DNA of 64,000 bases from Hydrurus foetidus. Its lineage: Eukaryota. Position 1 is the stretch's first letter; each line of letters begins with the position of its first letter. Below are positions 26,890 to 35,518 of this stretch, in pieces. Location of the stretch: contig UYFQ01000057.1 of the NCBI GenBank assembly GCA_900617105.1, positions 62,001 to 126,000 of the forward strand, given 5' to 3'. The notes beneath the pieces are model-generated. The model ran no database searches. It saw only the letters and a program-made list of their open reading frames with translations, and had not been told where the DNA came from. The translations under genes and the position numbers were made by a program.

Positions 26890-27996
26890 TCAATCCCGTT
26901 TGGCGGGCTTGGGCGTTTTCGCTTTCTTCAACGCGTCCTCAATGGCCAGCGGGTCGCCGCTGCGCAGCTCCTGCGACAGGGCGCGCGCCGCTTCGGCCCG
27001 CTGCGCGGCATAGGCCTGCAGCGCTTCCAGCGCCTTGGCCGAAGGCGCCGCGCCACCCGGCGCAGCAGCCGCCAGCTCGTCAAAGCTGCGCTGGTAGCCC
27101 GCGGCAACCTCGGCATCAATGCGCCCGGCCAGTTGCTCGAACGACTGGCCGCTGTGCGGGTCATCGCCCAGCAAGCTGCCCCAGCGCTGGTTGATGCGCT
27201 GGTCTTCCTGCAAAAACTCGGCAATCGATTCGCGCGCCTTGAGTTCCTTGCCAAACAGGTAGGCTGGCGCAGGCAGCTTCCACACTAGGGCGGCTATGAC
27301 CAGCACCAAGACCAGACCAGCGCCCCACTGCAACTGCCGTGTGGGCGGGCTTTGCGCCGTCCAGGGCCGGGCCAGCAGGCAGCCAATCAGCGCCCCCGCC
27401 ACAAAACCCCCGCCATGTGCGGCATTGTTGATGCTCGGTATCACCTGCCCCAGGCCGAGCATCACCCCCGAAAACGCCAATGCCCCGCCAAACAGCCACT
27501 TGAATTCGGCCGCTTCCACCTGCCGGCATTCGCGCCACAAGAAGGTGAGCAAAGCCCCATACAAGCTGAACACCGCACCCGATGCGCCCCCCGACACGGC
27601 CTGGTTCCCCTGCACCACCAGCGGCAGCAGGTTGCCAAAAATGCCACTGCCCACATAGAGCAACAGCAAGCGCCACGGCCCCAGCAACCGCTCCATCAGA
27701 CGGCCCGCATCCCATAGCGCCCACATATTGACCGCCAGATGCACCACGCCGCGGTGAACGAACATGGCCGTCACCATGCGCCACCACTGCCCATCCTGCG
27801 TTGCCGGCCCAAAGTTGGCGCCCCAGGCCAGTTGCACCTCGTTGGGCGAATGCCACCAGCCCGCACCGGCCAGCAACATGGCCAGAAACACCAGCACGTT
27901 GACAGCCACCAGCGTGGTCACCATGGGCACCGTGCGCGCAGGGCTGCGCATCAGGTCGGTCAAGGCCGCGGGGTGGGGGGAAGAAGGCGTGGTCAT
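26890..27996 (-). CDS. rhomboid family intramembrane serine protease
   Basis: WWRMVT, HLAVNM, GASG, AHGGG motifs. Confidence 0.88.
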   Translation of the reverse strand: MTTPSSPHPAALTDLMRSPARTVPMVTTLVAVNVLVFLAMLLAGAGWWHSPNEVQLAWGANFGPATQDGQWWRMVTAMFVHRGVVHLAVNMWALWDAGRLMERLLGPWRLLLLYVGSGIFGNLLPLVVQGNQAVSGGASGAVFSLYGALLTFLWRECRQVEAAEFKWLFGGALAFSGVMLGLGQVIPSINNAAHGGGFVAGALIGCLLARPWTAQSPPTRQLQWGAGLVLVLVIAALVWKLPAPAYLFGKELKARESIAEFLQEDQRINQRWGSLLGDDPHSGQSFEQLAGRIDAEVAAGYQRSFDELAAAAPGGAAPSAKALEALQAYAAQRAEAARALSQELRSGDPLAIEDALKKAKTPKPAKRD

Positions 27997-28009
27997 ACGT
28001 GCGCCCCCA

Positions 28010-29065
28010 TCATCGCCCAAACGGCGCCGCCAGCGGCTCGCCCACAAACACACCCTGCGCGGGCCAGGCCACGCTGCGCCAGTAGGCTTCCAGCGCGGTG
28101 CTGCCCTGGGCATAGTGCGCCAGCAGCACCTGCGGGTGGGGAAACTTTTGCAGGTGGTTGCAGGGCTCGCTCACCGTGCCGTAGCTGGCGGTGGCGCCAG
28201 CCTCCAGCCAGTCCAGCGCACTCATCTGACCCTGGGTGGTCAAAAGCTGTCCGCCATACGACGTAAGGTGGTCTGCCAGCGCACCCGGCAGCCAGGCGAT
28301 ACGCGCCATGTGCTCCTCGCGCACGGCGCCGGTCTGGTAAAGAATGACGCGGTGTGCAGGCGTGGCGGCTTCGGCGTCCTGCCGCTCAATCTGCAGGCCC
28401 AGTGCGGGCACAGCACCCTTGGAAGGAAACAGCGCTGCGCGCACATTGCGCGCCTTGTCCTGCGTGGCTACAAACACCGCACTGGCAGGCGGCACGCCGC
28501 GCTTGCCAAGCTGCTGGTCCGCGGCCACCCCGCGGTCTATCAAGGCCTGGGCACTCTCCACACTGCGCGCCGCCAGCAGCATGGAGGGGCGCATACCGCC
28601 CACCGCCAGATTTTTAGATGCAAGGTTGTTAAAGAATGGCGAGGGCTTGCTGGGTGCGCACAGCTGCTTGCAGGCCTCGGGGTCAAAGCCCAGCGTCACC
28701 GCCGCAGTGATGCCGTTGCACTCCACCGCATAGGGCTGGGCCCAGGCCAGTGCCAGCGCCTGCACTTGGGGCCCAAAGCCACTGCGAATTTGCACGTCCA
28801 GCACCTCGAATTCGGCCGCAGTCAGCGTGGGTTTGACGGGCAACTGCACATACACGATCTGGTTCGCAGGCACGCCGCGCTTGCGGGCGTAGTACTCGCC
28901 TACCGCCACCGAATACGGGTCGGCCGTGTTGACCACCAAGCCGATATCAGCTGCCGTGAGGCGCGACTTGGGTTGCGCCTGCGCTGCACCGACCAAGCCC
29001 ATGAGGACCATGAGGACCATCAGCACCGCGCAGTGCCAAGCCTTAGCGCGCCACCAACACTGCAT
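28010..29065 (-). CDS. TIGR03790-like exported protein
   Basis: LVVNTADPYS, GALADHLTS, GATASYGTVSEP, GEPLAAPF; start uncertain. Confidence 0.72.
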   Translation of the reverse strand: MQCWWRAKAWHCAVLMVLMVLMGLVGAAQAQPKSRLTAADIGLVVNTADPYSVAVGEYYARKRGVPANQIVYVQLPVKPTLTAAEFEVLDVQIRSGFGPQVQALALAWAQPYAVECNGITAAVTLGFDPEACKQLCAPSKPSPFFNNLASKNLAVGGMRPSMLLAARSVESAQALIDRGVAADQQLGKRGVPPASAVFVATQDKARNVRAALFPSKGAVPALGLQIERQDAEAATPAHRVILYQTGAVREEHMARIAWLPGALADHLTSYGGQLLTTQGQMSALDWLEAGATASYGTVSEPCNHLQKFPHPQVLLAHYAQGSTALEAYWRSVAWPAQGVFVGEPLAAPFGR

Positions 29066-30791
29066 CCAGCCACCCTCGCAAACTGTTCACAAACGCCAGG
29101 CCTTGCGCACGTTGCAAATCGTCTACCCGCACCACCGCCTCGGTCAGGCGACCGCTTTGCAAGTGCACGGCGCGGCCAACACCCGGTAACAGGCCGCAAG
29201 ACAGCGGCGGCGTGACCCAGCGCCCATCCAGCAGCACGGCAATGTTGCCGCGTGTGCATTCGGTCACCTCGCCCTGGGCGTTGAACAGCACGGTGTCAAA
29301 CACCGTGGCGTCGCTGGGCGTGAACGCGTCGTAGTGGGCGCGGCGTGTGGTTTTGAAGCGCACAAACTCGCTGTGCGTATCGTCCAGGGGTTTGTTCGCC
29401 AGTTGCAGCCGCACGGGCTGGGGCGTGTCGACCAAGGCAAAGGCCTGCGCCTGAAAATGTCCGTTCGCCGGCAACAGCAGGCGTACGCGGTAGCTACCTT
29501 TGGGGTGTGTGACTGCCAATGCGTGCAGCGCCTGGGCCGCACGCTGCCGGTCCCACAGCGTGCCAAAGTGCTGCGCGGCTCCGGCCATGCGGTCCAGGTG
29601 CAAATCCATGTTCAGCAGCACGCCATCGCGCAGCGCCAAGGTTTCCAGAAGTTCAAACGGCTGGCTGGCGCGCTCCAAAAACATGCGCTTGTTGCCCCAC
29701 TCCTGCCACTCGCCCTCGGCCTGCGCATCAAAGGTAATGCCACTGCCAATGCCGCAGCGCGCCGTGTCGCCCTGCACGGTGACCGTGCGAATCGCCACGT
29801 TGAAGGTGGCGTGGCCACCGGGCCGCACCACGCCCACGGCGCCGCAGTACACGCCGCGCGGCGCGGGCTCCAGCGCCTTGATCATGCGCATGGCCTGCAC
29901 CTTGGGCGCACCGGTGATAGAGCCGCAGGGGAAGAGCGCGGTGAACACCTCCAGCAGCGTAGTGCCGGGGCGCGTCCGCGCTTCCACGTCCGAGGTCATC
30001 TGCCACACCGTGGGCAGCGCTTCCAGGTGGAACATGCGTGGCACCTGCACGCTGTGCGGCTGGGCAATGCGCGAGAGATCGTTGCGGATCAGGTCCACAA
30101 TCATCACGTTCTCGGCCCGCTCTTTGGGGGTGCTGCGCAGGTTGGCGGCGTTGGCCGCGTCTTCCGCCGGCGTGGCACCGCGGGCGGCCGTGCCCTTCAT
30201 GGGGCGGCTCAAGATGCGCTCGCCATTCCAGTCAAAAAACAGCTCGGGCGAGACCGACAGCACCTGCTCAGCCCCGGTGTCAATGAAGGCGCTGTAGGCG
30301 CGCGGCTGGGCGCGGCGCAGCGCCTGAAAATACGCCAGCGCGCTGCCTGCAAACTGCGCCTGCAACGGGGCGGTGTAGTTGATCTGGTACAGCTCACCGG
30401 CCTCAATGGCGCGGTGGATTTCGGCCATGTTCTGGTCGAACACCGACCGCGTTACGCCCGCGTCCCACACAACAGTCGGCTCAGCATCGCTGTCTGTGGG
30501 CCCCTCTGACAGGGGTTGCGTATGCACCCCAAACCAGGCCAGCGGACCATCAACCCCATGCACCTGCAGCGCCGCATCAAAGGCTGGTGCTGCCTCGTAG
30601 CGCACATAGCCCACGCACCAATGCCCCTGGCGGCTCAGCGCATCCACCTGCGCCAGCACCGCGGCCACCTCGTGCACCGCATCCGCCATCAGCACCTGAT
30701 CGGGCTTGCCAAACGCCAGCCGCAGGGGTTCTGCGCTGGTGTTGTGCGGGTCACCAAAGTCAATCAGGGCATGCGGATGGGGCATAGGCAA
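29043..30791 (-). CDS. pabB: aminodeoxychorismate synthase component I fused to a class IV aminotransferase/ADC lyase-like domain
   Basis: SPELFF, PMKGT, KERAENVMIVDLIRND, FPCGSITGAPK; C-terminal KTTRR, GLLPG, NSLRG. Confidence 0.88.
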   Translation of the reverse strand: MPMPHPHALIDFGDPHNTSAEPLRLAFGKPDQVLMADAVHEVAAVLAQVDALSRQGHWCVGYVRYEAAPAFDAALQVHGVDGPLAWFGVHTQPLSEGPTDSDAEPTVVWDAGVTRSVFDQNMAEIHRAIEAGELYQINYTAPLQAQFAGSALAYFQALRRAQPRAYSAFIDTGAEQVLSVSPELFFDWNGERILSRPMKGTAARGATPAEDAANAANLRSTPKERAENVMIVDLIRNDLSRIAQPHSVQVPRMFHLEALPTVWQMTSDVEARTRPGTTLLEVFTALFPCGSITGAPKVQAMRMIKALEPAPRGVYCGAVGVVRPGGHATFNVAIRTVTVQGDTARCGIGSGITFDAQAEGEWQEWGNKRMFLERASQPFELLETLALRDGVLLNMDLHLDRMAGAAQHFGTLWDRQRAAQALHALAVTHPKGSYRVRLLLPANGHFQAQAFALVDTPQPVRLQLANKPLDDTHSEFVRFKTTRRAHYDAFTPSDATVFDTVLFNAQGEVTECTRGNIAVLLDGRWVTPPLSCGLLPGVGRAVHLQSGRLTEAVVRVDDLQRAQGLAFVNSLRGWLDAVLVAR

Positions 30792-30815
30792 ATGGGGAGG
30801 CGCGAGTCAGGCCGT

Positions 30816-31967
30816 TCAGGCCGCGATTTCCTTGGCGCTGATCTGGTATTTGAAGTCGTCCGGTGCGTAAGAGTCCAGGCGGCCCGCTGCAGTTTCGGCC
30901 GCGGGGTACATGAAGAAGCCCAGCTTGGGGCCTTTGGAGTTGGGTAGCACCACGTCATGGGCCACGTTGTAGGCCATCCAGTTGCCTTCCCAGCCGCCAA
31001 ACAGACTCTTGTTCACAGGTGCCACCAACGGGCTCTTGGCGGTCTTGATCCACTCGGGGGTTTCCTGGCGCATCACCTTGGCCACATCGGCCGGGTCCAT
31101 GGCCACCCAGCCGTGGCCTTTGAGGTAGACCTCAGCACGGCAGTGCTGCGCACCCTTGAGGCTGGCGGAGTTGCCGCCCAGCTCGCGGTAACCAAAGGCA
31201 CTGGGCGCCACGCGCAGGCCGTACACATCGCGGGCCGGAACGCCCACGGCGCGGCACAGGCCGGCAAACAGCGCGTTCAGATCCGCGCACTTTCCGCCCA
31301 GGTTGTTGGTTTCCAGCATGGTCTTGATATCGCCTTCGCCACAGCCGCGCACCTTGGGCTCGCGGTAGGTGTTGGTGACGATCCAGTCGTACAGCATCTG
31401 GACTTTCTCCACGTCGGTCTTGGCGCCACGCGTCGCTTCCACCGCAGTGGTGCGCACAATGCCGTCGAGGGGCAGCAGGTCGGTCGGCTGGGTCCAGTAC
31501 TTCAGCGTGGCGGCGTCTTCGGCCGCGGCCGCTTTGAGCGCCCAGTCTTGCTTGCGGTTTTGCGTCTGGATGCGGCTTGTCAGCTCCACAAAAGGCTTGG
31601 CTTCGCTGTCGGCAAACTCCACATACAGCATGCGCGCGCCCGTGGCGTTGTCGTCTTCCATGCGGGCGGTGCCGTTGGACTGGTAGCTGCTTTCCAGCGA
31701 CCTTTGCCAGTCGCTGTTCACCGACGGAATGGGCAACCACAGGCGCGTGCCGCCCTGGGGCTTGGCAATGTCCACGCGAGTGGTGACCTCAAAGGTGCGC
31801 CAGGCGCCGGGCACGGGGGAGAACTGGCGCTCGGCCGTGCTGGCGTTTTGTGCAAAATTAATAGCAGGCAGCGCAGTGCTGGCGAGGGCTACAGCCGTTT
31901 TTTGTATAAAAGTTCGACGCGAAGCCGCTCGGGAGGCTACAGGGGCAGCGGAAGTGACGGGGGTCAT
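30816..31967 (-). CDS. Tat-exported transglutaminase-like protein
   Basis: SRRTFIQK Tat-like motif; GKCADLN, HCRAEVY, WVAMDPAD. Confidence 0.85.
   Translation of the reverse strand: MTPVTSAAPVASRAASRRTFIQKTAVALASTALPAINFAQNASTAERQFSPVPGAWRTFEVTTRVDIAKPQGGTRLWLPIPSVNSDWQRSLESSYQSNGTARMEDDNATGARMLYVEFADSEAKPFVELTSRIQTQNRKQDWALKAAAAEDAATLKYWTQPTDLLPLDGIVRTTAVEATRGAKTDVEKVQMLYDWIVTNTYREPKVRGCGEGDIKTMLETNNLGGKCADLNALFAGLCRAVGVPARDVYGLRVAPSAFGYRELGGNSASLKGAQHCRAEVYLKGHGWVAMDPADVAKVMRQETPEWIKTAKSPLVAPVNKSLFGGWEGNWMAYNVAHDVVLPNSKGPKLGFFMYPAAETAAGRLDSYAPDDFKYQISAKEIAA
31849..31903 (+). repeat. dispersed ~55-bp repeat, copy E (its antisense encodes the Tat signal h-region)
   Basis: TGTGcaaaattaatAGCAGGcagCGCAgtgctggcgaGGGCTA; the opposite strand reads KTAVALASTALPAINFA. 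Confidence 0.6.
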
Positions 31968-32107
31968 ACAGAGATCTCCGGGTGAATGAAAAAGGCAGCG
32001 CGTACGGCGTAACACAAAGTACCCCGCGGTGGCGCAGGCCCGATTATCCCTGCTGCCTGTATATTCAGCCCTCCCCTGCCTTTCTGGCGCACCGCGCCCC
32101 TTCCCTT

Positions 32108-34264
32108 TTGTCCGACTTCTCCTCCCTGCCGCCCGCCAGCGCCACGCTGGCCCAGCACGCCCTGCGCGCCTTCGAGAAGGTAGTGGGCAGCACCACGGGC
32201 TTTCGCAGCCGCCCCGGCCAGCACCAGATGGCCGAAACCGTGGCTGCCACGCTGGCCCAGGCCGACATTGGGGAGCACCCCACGCCCACCAAGGCCATCG
32301 CCGTCATCCAAGCTGGCACCGGCGTGGGCAAGAGCGCGGCCTATGCCTCGGTTGCTATCGCCATGGCGCTGGAGCGCAAAACGCGCGTCATCATTTCCAC
32401 CGCCACCGTGGCGCTGCAAGAGCAGCTGATGACCAAGGATTTGCCCGCCCTGGCGCGCAGCATGGACCAGCCCTTTGCCTACGCGCTGGCCAAGGGCCGC
32501 GGGCGCTATGTCTGCAAGGTAAAACTGGAGCGTCTGGTGGGCAGCGGCGCGGCTGAAGACGACATGTTTGACGACGACCGGCCGCAGCCCAAGGTGTCGG
32601 CCCTGTCGCAAGAGGCGATTGAAGAACGCCGCCAGTCCCTCTACGAGAGCATGGCGCACAAGCTGGCCGTGGTGAGCTGGGATGGCGACCGCGACACCCT
32701 GGCCGACACGCCCGACCCGCGCGACTGGTCGGCCGTGGCCGCCGAGCGCCACACCTGCACCGCACGCCACTGCCCGCGCTACAAGGAGTGCAGCTACTAC
32801 AACGCCCGCACCAAGCTGGCCGAGGCCAATGTCATCGTCGCTAACCACGACCTGGTGCTGGCCAGCCTGGGAATGAAGACCCTGCCGGAATTGGACAACT
32901 GCTTGGTGGTGTTTGACGAAGGCCACCACCTGCCCGCCGTCGCCCTGGACCAATTCGCAAGCGCCATGGACCTGAGCAACCTGCGCTGGCTGGACAAGCT
33001 ACCCAAGGCCATGAACGAGGTGGCCGGCAAGCTGGCCCTGCATCTGGGCGAAGACGTGCAAACCGTGACCAGCCAGCTCAAGGGCGCGTTGACCACGCTG
33101 GCCCGCATGGCCATGGACCTGGTGTGGGCCCACACGGGCCAGAACGCGCGCGGCGAAGGCAACGACGGCACGCTGCGCTTTGCCCACGGCGTGTTGCCCG
33201 ATGCGCTGCATGAACCGGTGACGCAAATCCACGCCCAGGCCAATGGCCTGTCCAAGGCGCTAGAGGCCTTGGGAGTGGATGTGAAAGCCGTGGCCAAGGA
33301 CGACCCCAGCCAAGCCGTGCTGTGCGCCCAGCTCTATGCGCAACTGGGCGGGCTGGCGCCACGCCTGAGCTCCCTTGTGGCGACGTCGCAGCTGCTGCTG
33401 GAACATGGCGAACAACCCTTGGCCAAATGGCTGCAGGCCGAGAGCGAGAACGGCTACCTGACGATCACGGCGCACGCCTGCCCCATCGTGCCCGGCGACC
33501 TGCTGCGCCAATTTTTGTGGAGCCAAGTACGCGGCGCCATTGTCACAAGCGCATCCCTCACCAGCTGCGGCAGCTTTGACTACTTCCTGAAAGAAGCGGG
33601 CCTGTCCAACAAGCCCTACGTGACGGCACTGGAAGTGGCCAGCCCCTTCAACTACGCCACCCAGGGCAGCCTGACTGTGGTGCACACCCATGCCGACCCC
33701 AAGCAGGCCGACGCCTACACCGCCGAGATGGTGCGTGCGCTGATGATTGATATCGAACAGGTCAAACGCGGCGCGCTGGTGCTGTTCACCAGCCGCGCGC
33801 AGATGCGCGCCGCCACCGACGCCCTGCCCGGCCATTTGATGGACATGGTGCTGGTGCAGGGCACGCAGTCACGCACGCGCCTGCTGGCGGCCCACACCGA
33901 ACGGGTGGAAAGCGGCATGCCCTCCGTGCTGTTTGGCCTGCAGAGCTTTGGCGAAGGCCTGGACTTACCCGGCGCACTGTGCGAAACCGTGTTCATTGCC
34001 AAGCTGCCGTTTGCCCCACCCAGTGACCCGGTGGACGAAGCCCGTGCCGAATGGCTGCGCAGCGTGGGGCGTGACCCGTTCAACGAACTGGTGATACCCG
34101 CCACCGGCGTGAAGCTGCTGCAATGGACCGGCCGCGCTATCCGCACGGAAGAAGACCGGGCGCAGGTGATTTGCTACGACAAGCGGCTGACGCAAACCAG
34201 CTATGGCAAGCGCATGCTGGCGGGCTTGCCGGCCTATAAATTGGGGATGCGGGTGGTGGGGTGA
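32108..34264 (+). CDS. dinG: ATP-dependent DNA helicase DinG
   Basis: QAGTGVGKS, KGRGRYVC, Fe-S Cys residues, DEGHHL, FGEGLDLPG, GRAIR; start approximate. Confidence 0.92.
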   Translation: MSDFSSLPPASATLAQHALRAFEKVVGSTTGFRSRPGQHQMAETVAATLAQADIGEHPTPTKAIAVIQAGTGVGKSAAYASVAIAMALERKTRVIISTATVALQEQLMTKDLPALARSMDQPFAYALAKGRGRYVCKVKLERLVGSGAAEDDMFDDDRPQPKVSALSQEAIEERRQSLYESMAHKLAVVSWDGDRDTLADTPDPRDWSAVAAERHTCTARHCPRYKECSYYNARTKLAEANVIVANHDLVLASLGMKTLPELDNCLVVFDEGHHLPAVALDQFASAMDLSNLRWLDKLPKAMNEVAGKLALHLGEDVQTVTSQLKGALTTLARMAMDLVWAHTGQNARGEGNDGTLRFAHGVLPDALHEPVTQIHAQANGLSKALEALGVDVKAVAKDDPSQAVLCAQLYAQLGGLAPRLSSLVATSQLLLEHGEQPLAKWLQAESENGYLTITAHACPIVPGDLLRQFLWSQVRGAIVTSASLTSCGSFDYFLKEAGLSNKPYVTALEVASPFNYATQGSLTVVHTHADPKQADAYTAEMVRALMIDIEQVKRGALVLFTSRAQMRAATDALPGHLMDMVLVQGTQSRTRLLAAHTERVESGMPSVLFGLQSFGEGLDLPGALCETVFIAKLPFAPPSDPVDEARAEWLRSVGRDPFNELVIPATGVKLLQWTGRAIRTEEDRAQVICYDKRLTQTSYGKRMLAGLPAYKLGMRVVG

Positions 34265-34389
34265 CGGCTTAGGGTCTGCGCACAAGGCGCGAGGCAGAAG
34301 TCGCCCCCAAGCGGGATCAAAACCGCGCCCAAAAGCCATAAAAGTGCGCTTCTGGATAGCCATTCACATGGTCCAACGGGATCAACCAG

Positions 34390-35406
34390 CTAGAGCAGGG
34401 TCTTGTCGAAGAAGTCCGTAATCTCGATGGCGATCTGCTTCAGGAATGCTTCACGATCGAATCCCGTCGGGTTAGCGGCGACGTTACCGTCCGGGCTGGG
34501 GAGGGACATGCTGGGTGAATCCATGAAGGCGAAGTGCCAAGCATTAGATACCCGATGCAGGTTCGGCGCAGGCAGATTACTTGCGACCCACTCGGCGTGA
34601 AATCTTGGAACAAGGAAACGATCGAGCTCGGCTACGTAGATCATGGTCGCCGAGTGGACGGCGGCGAGCGACTCAGCTGTGAGCAGCACACCGGTCGGGG
34701 CCATTGCAACGACCGCGCGGACTCGATCGTCTTTGAGGCTGGGCGTGGTAGCGGGTGGAGGCGGAGTCGATGCCTCTGAGCGGCCCAGGCTGCAGAAGAT
34801 AGGGTCTTCAGATGCCTCGACCTGACAGTGCTTCCTCATCCTTGACAAATCTGGCTTGGCTCCGGCCAACGCCAGCACCGTGTAGCCACCAGCCGAATGA
34901 CCCAGCGCACCGACGCGAGCCCCCTGGCTGTCGGCCGCAATTCGATTCTTCCACATCGGGTCGGCCAAGACAGCGTCGATGACCCGAGACGCTTGCCGTG
35001 GTCGTTCGTCGAAATAGCGCTCGGGGCTCTTTCCAATCAGAGACTGATCCTGCCAGTTGTCACCGGGATGACGGAGAGCGGCAACCAGGTAGCCACTGCG
35101 AGCGAGGGCTTGCGCGAGGACGCTATGCCCCAGTTCGCTGCCGCCGATGCCGTGACTAAGCAGGATGAGTGCCTTTACCTTATCGACGGGTTTACCACCC
35201 ATGGCGACGTCAACCTTGAATGGTCCCATGGGGATGGTTCTCGGCGCTGCCAACGTCGGGTAATACAGAGCGACCGTTGTCGTAGCAGCATCCGGTGTTG
35301 CACCAGCGACCTGGATCTGCATCCAGCCGGCCTCGTAGGCGTGTGCGTGTGCTGCGACGAGTAAGGTGGCAAGTGAGAACAGGATGCGCCGAAAAGCTGG
35401 GGTCAT
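34390..35406 (-). CDS. exported alpha/beta hydrolase (dienelactone hydrolase-like)
   Basis: signal peptide; LSHG.GG, GHSAGG, HFAF motifs. Confidence 0.85.
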   Translation of the reverse strand: MTPAFRRILFSLATLLVAAHAHAYEAGWMQIQVAGATPDAATTTVALYYPTLAAPRTIPMGPFKVDVAMGGKPVDKVKALILLSHGIGGSELGHSVLAQALARSGYLVAALRHPGDNWQDQSLIGKSPERYFDERPRQASRVIDAVLADPMWKNRIAADSQGARVGALGHSAGGYTVLALAGAKPDLSRMRKHCQVEASEDPIFCSLGRSEASTPPPPATTPSLKDDRVRAVVAMAPTGVLLTAESLAAVHSATMIYVAELDRFLVPRFHAEWVASNLPAPNLHRVSNAWHFAFMDSPSMSLPSPDGNVAANPTGFDREAFLKQIAIEITDFFDKTLL

Positions 35407-35469
35407 GTGCCGTTCCTGATAGTTGTGAAGTTGTCAGGCACGAAGTTTAGGCAGGGCACCTGTTTTGGT

Positions 35470-35489
35470 AACCCTACCAAAGTATGGTT
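35470..35489. promoter_or_regulatory. putative LuxR/MalT-type operator, site 1
   Basis: AACCCTACCAAAGTATGGTT; similar to 38209-38228. Confidence 0.5.
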
Positions 35490-35518
35490 TTTTGCGCGAA
35501 CCGCAATGCGGCGAACGC

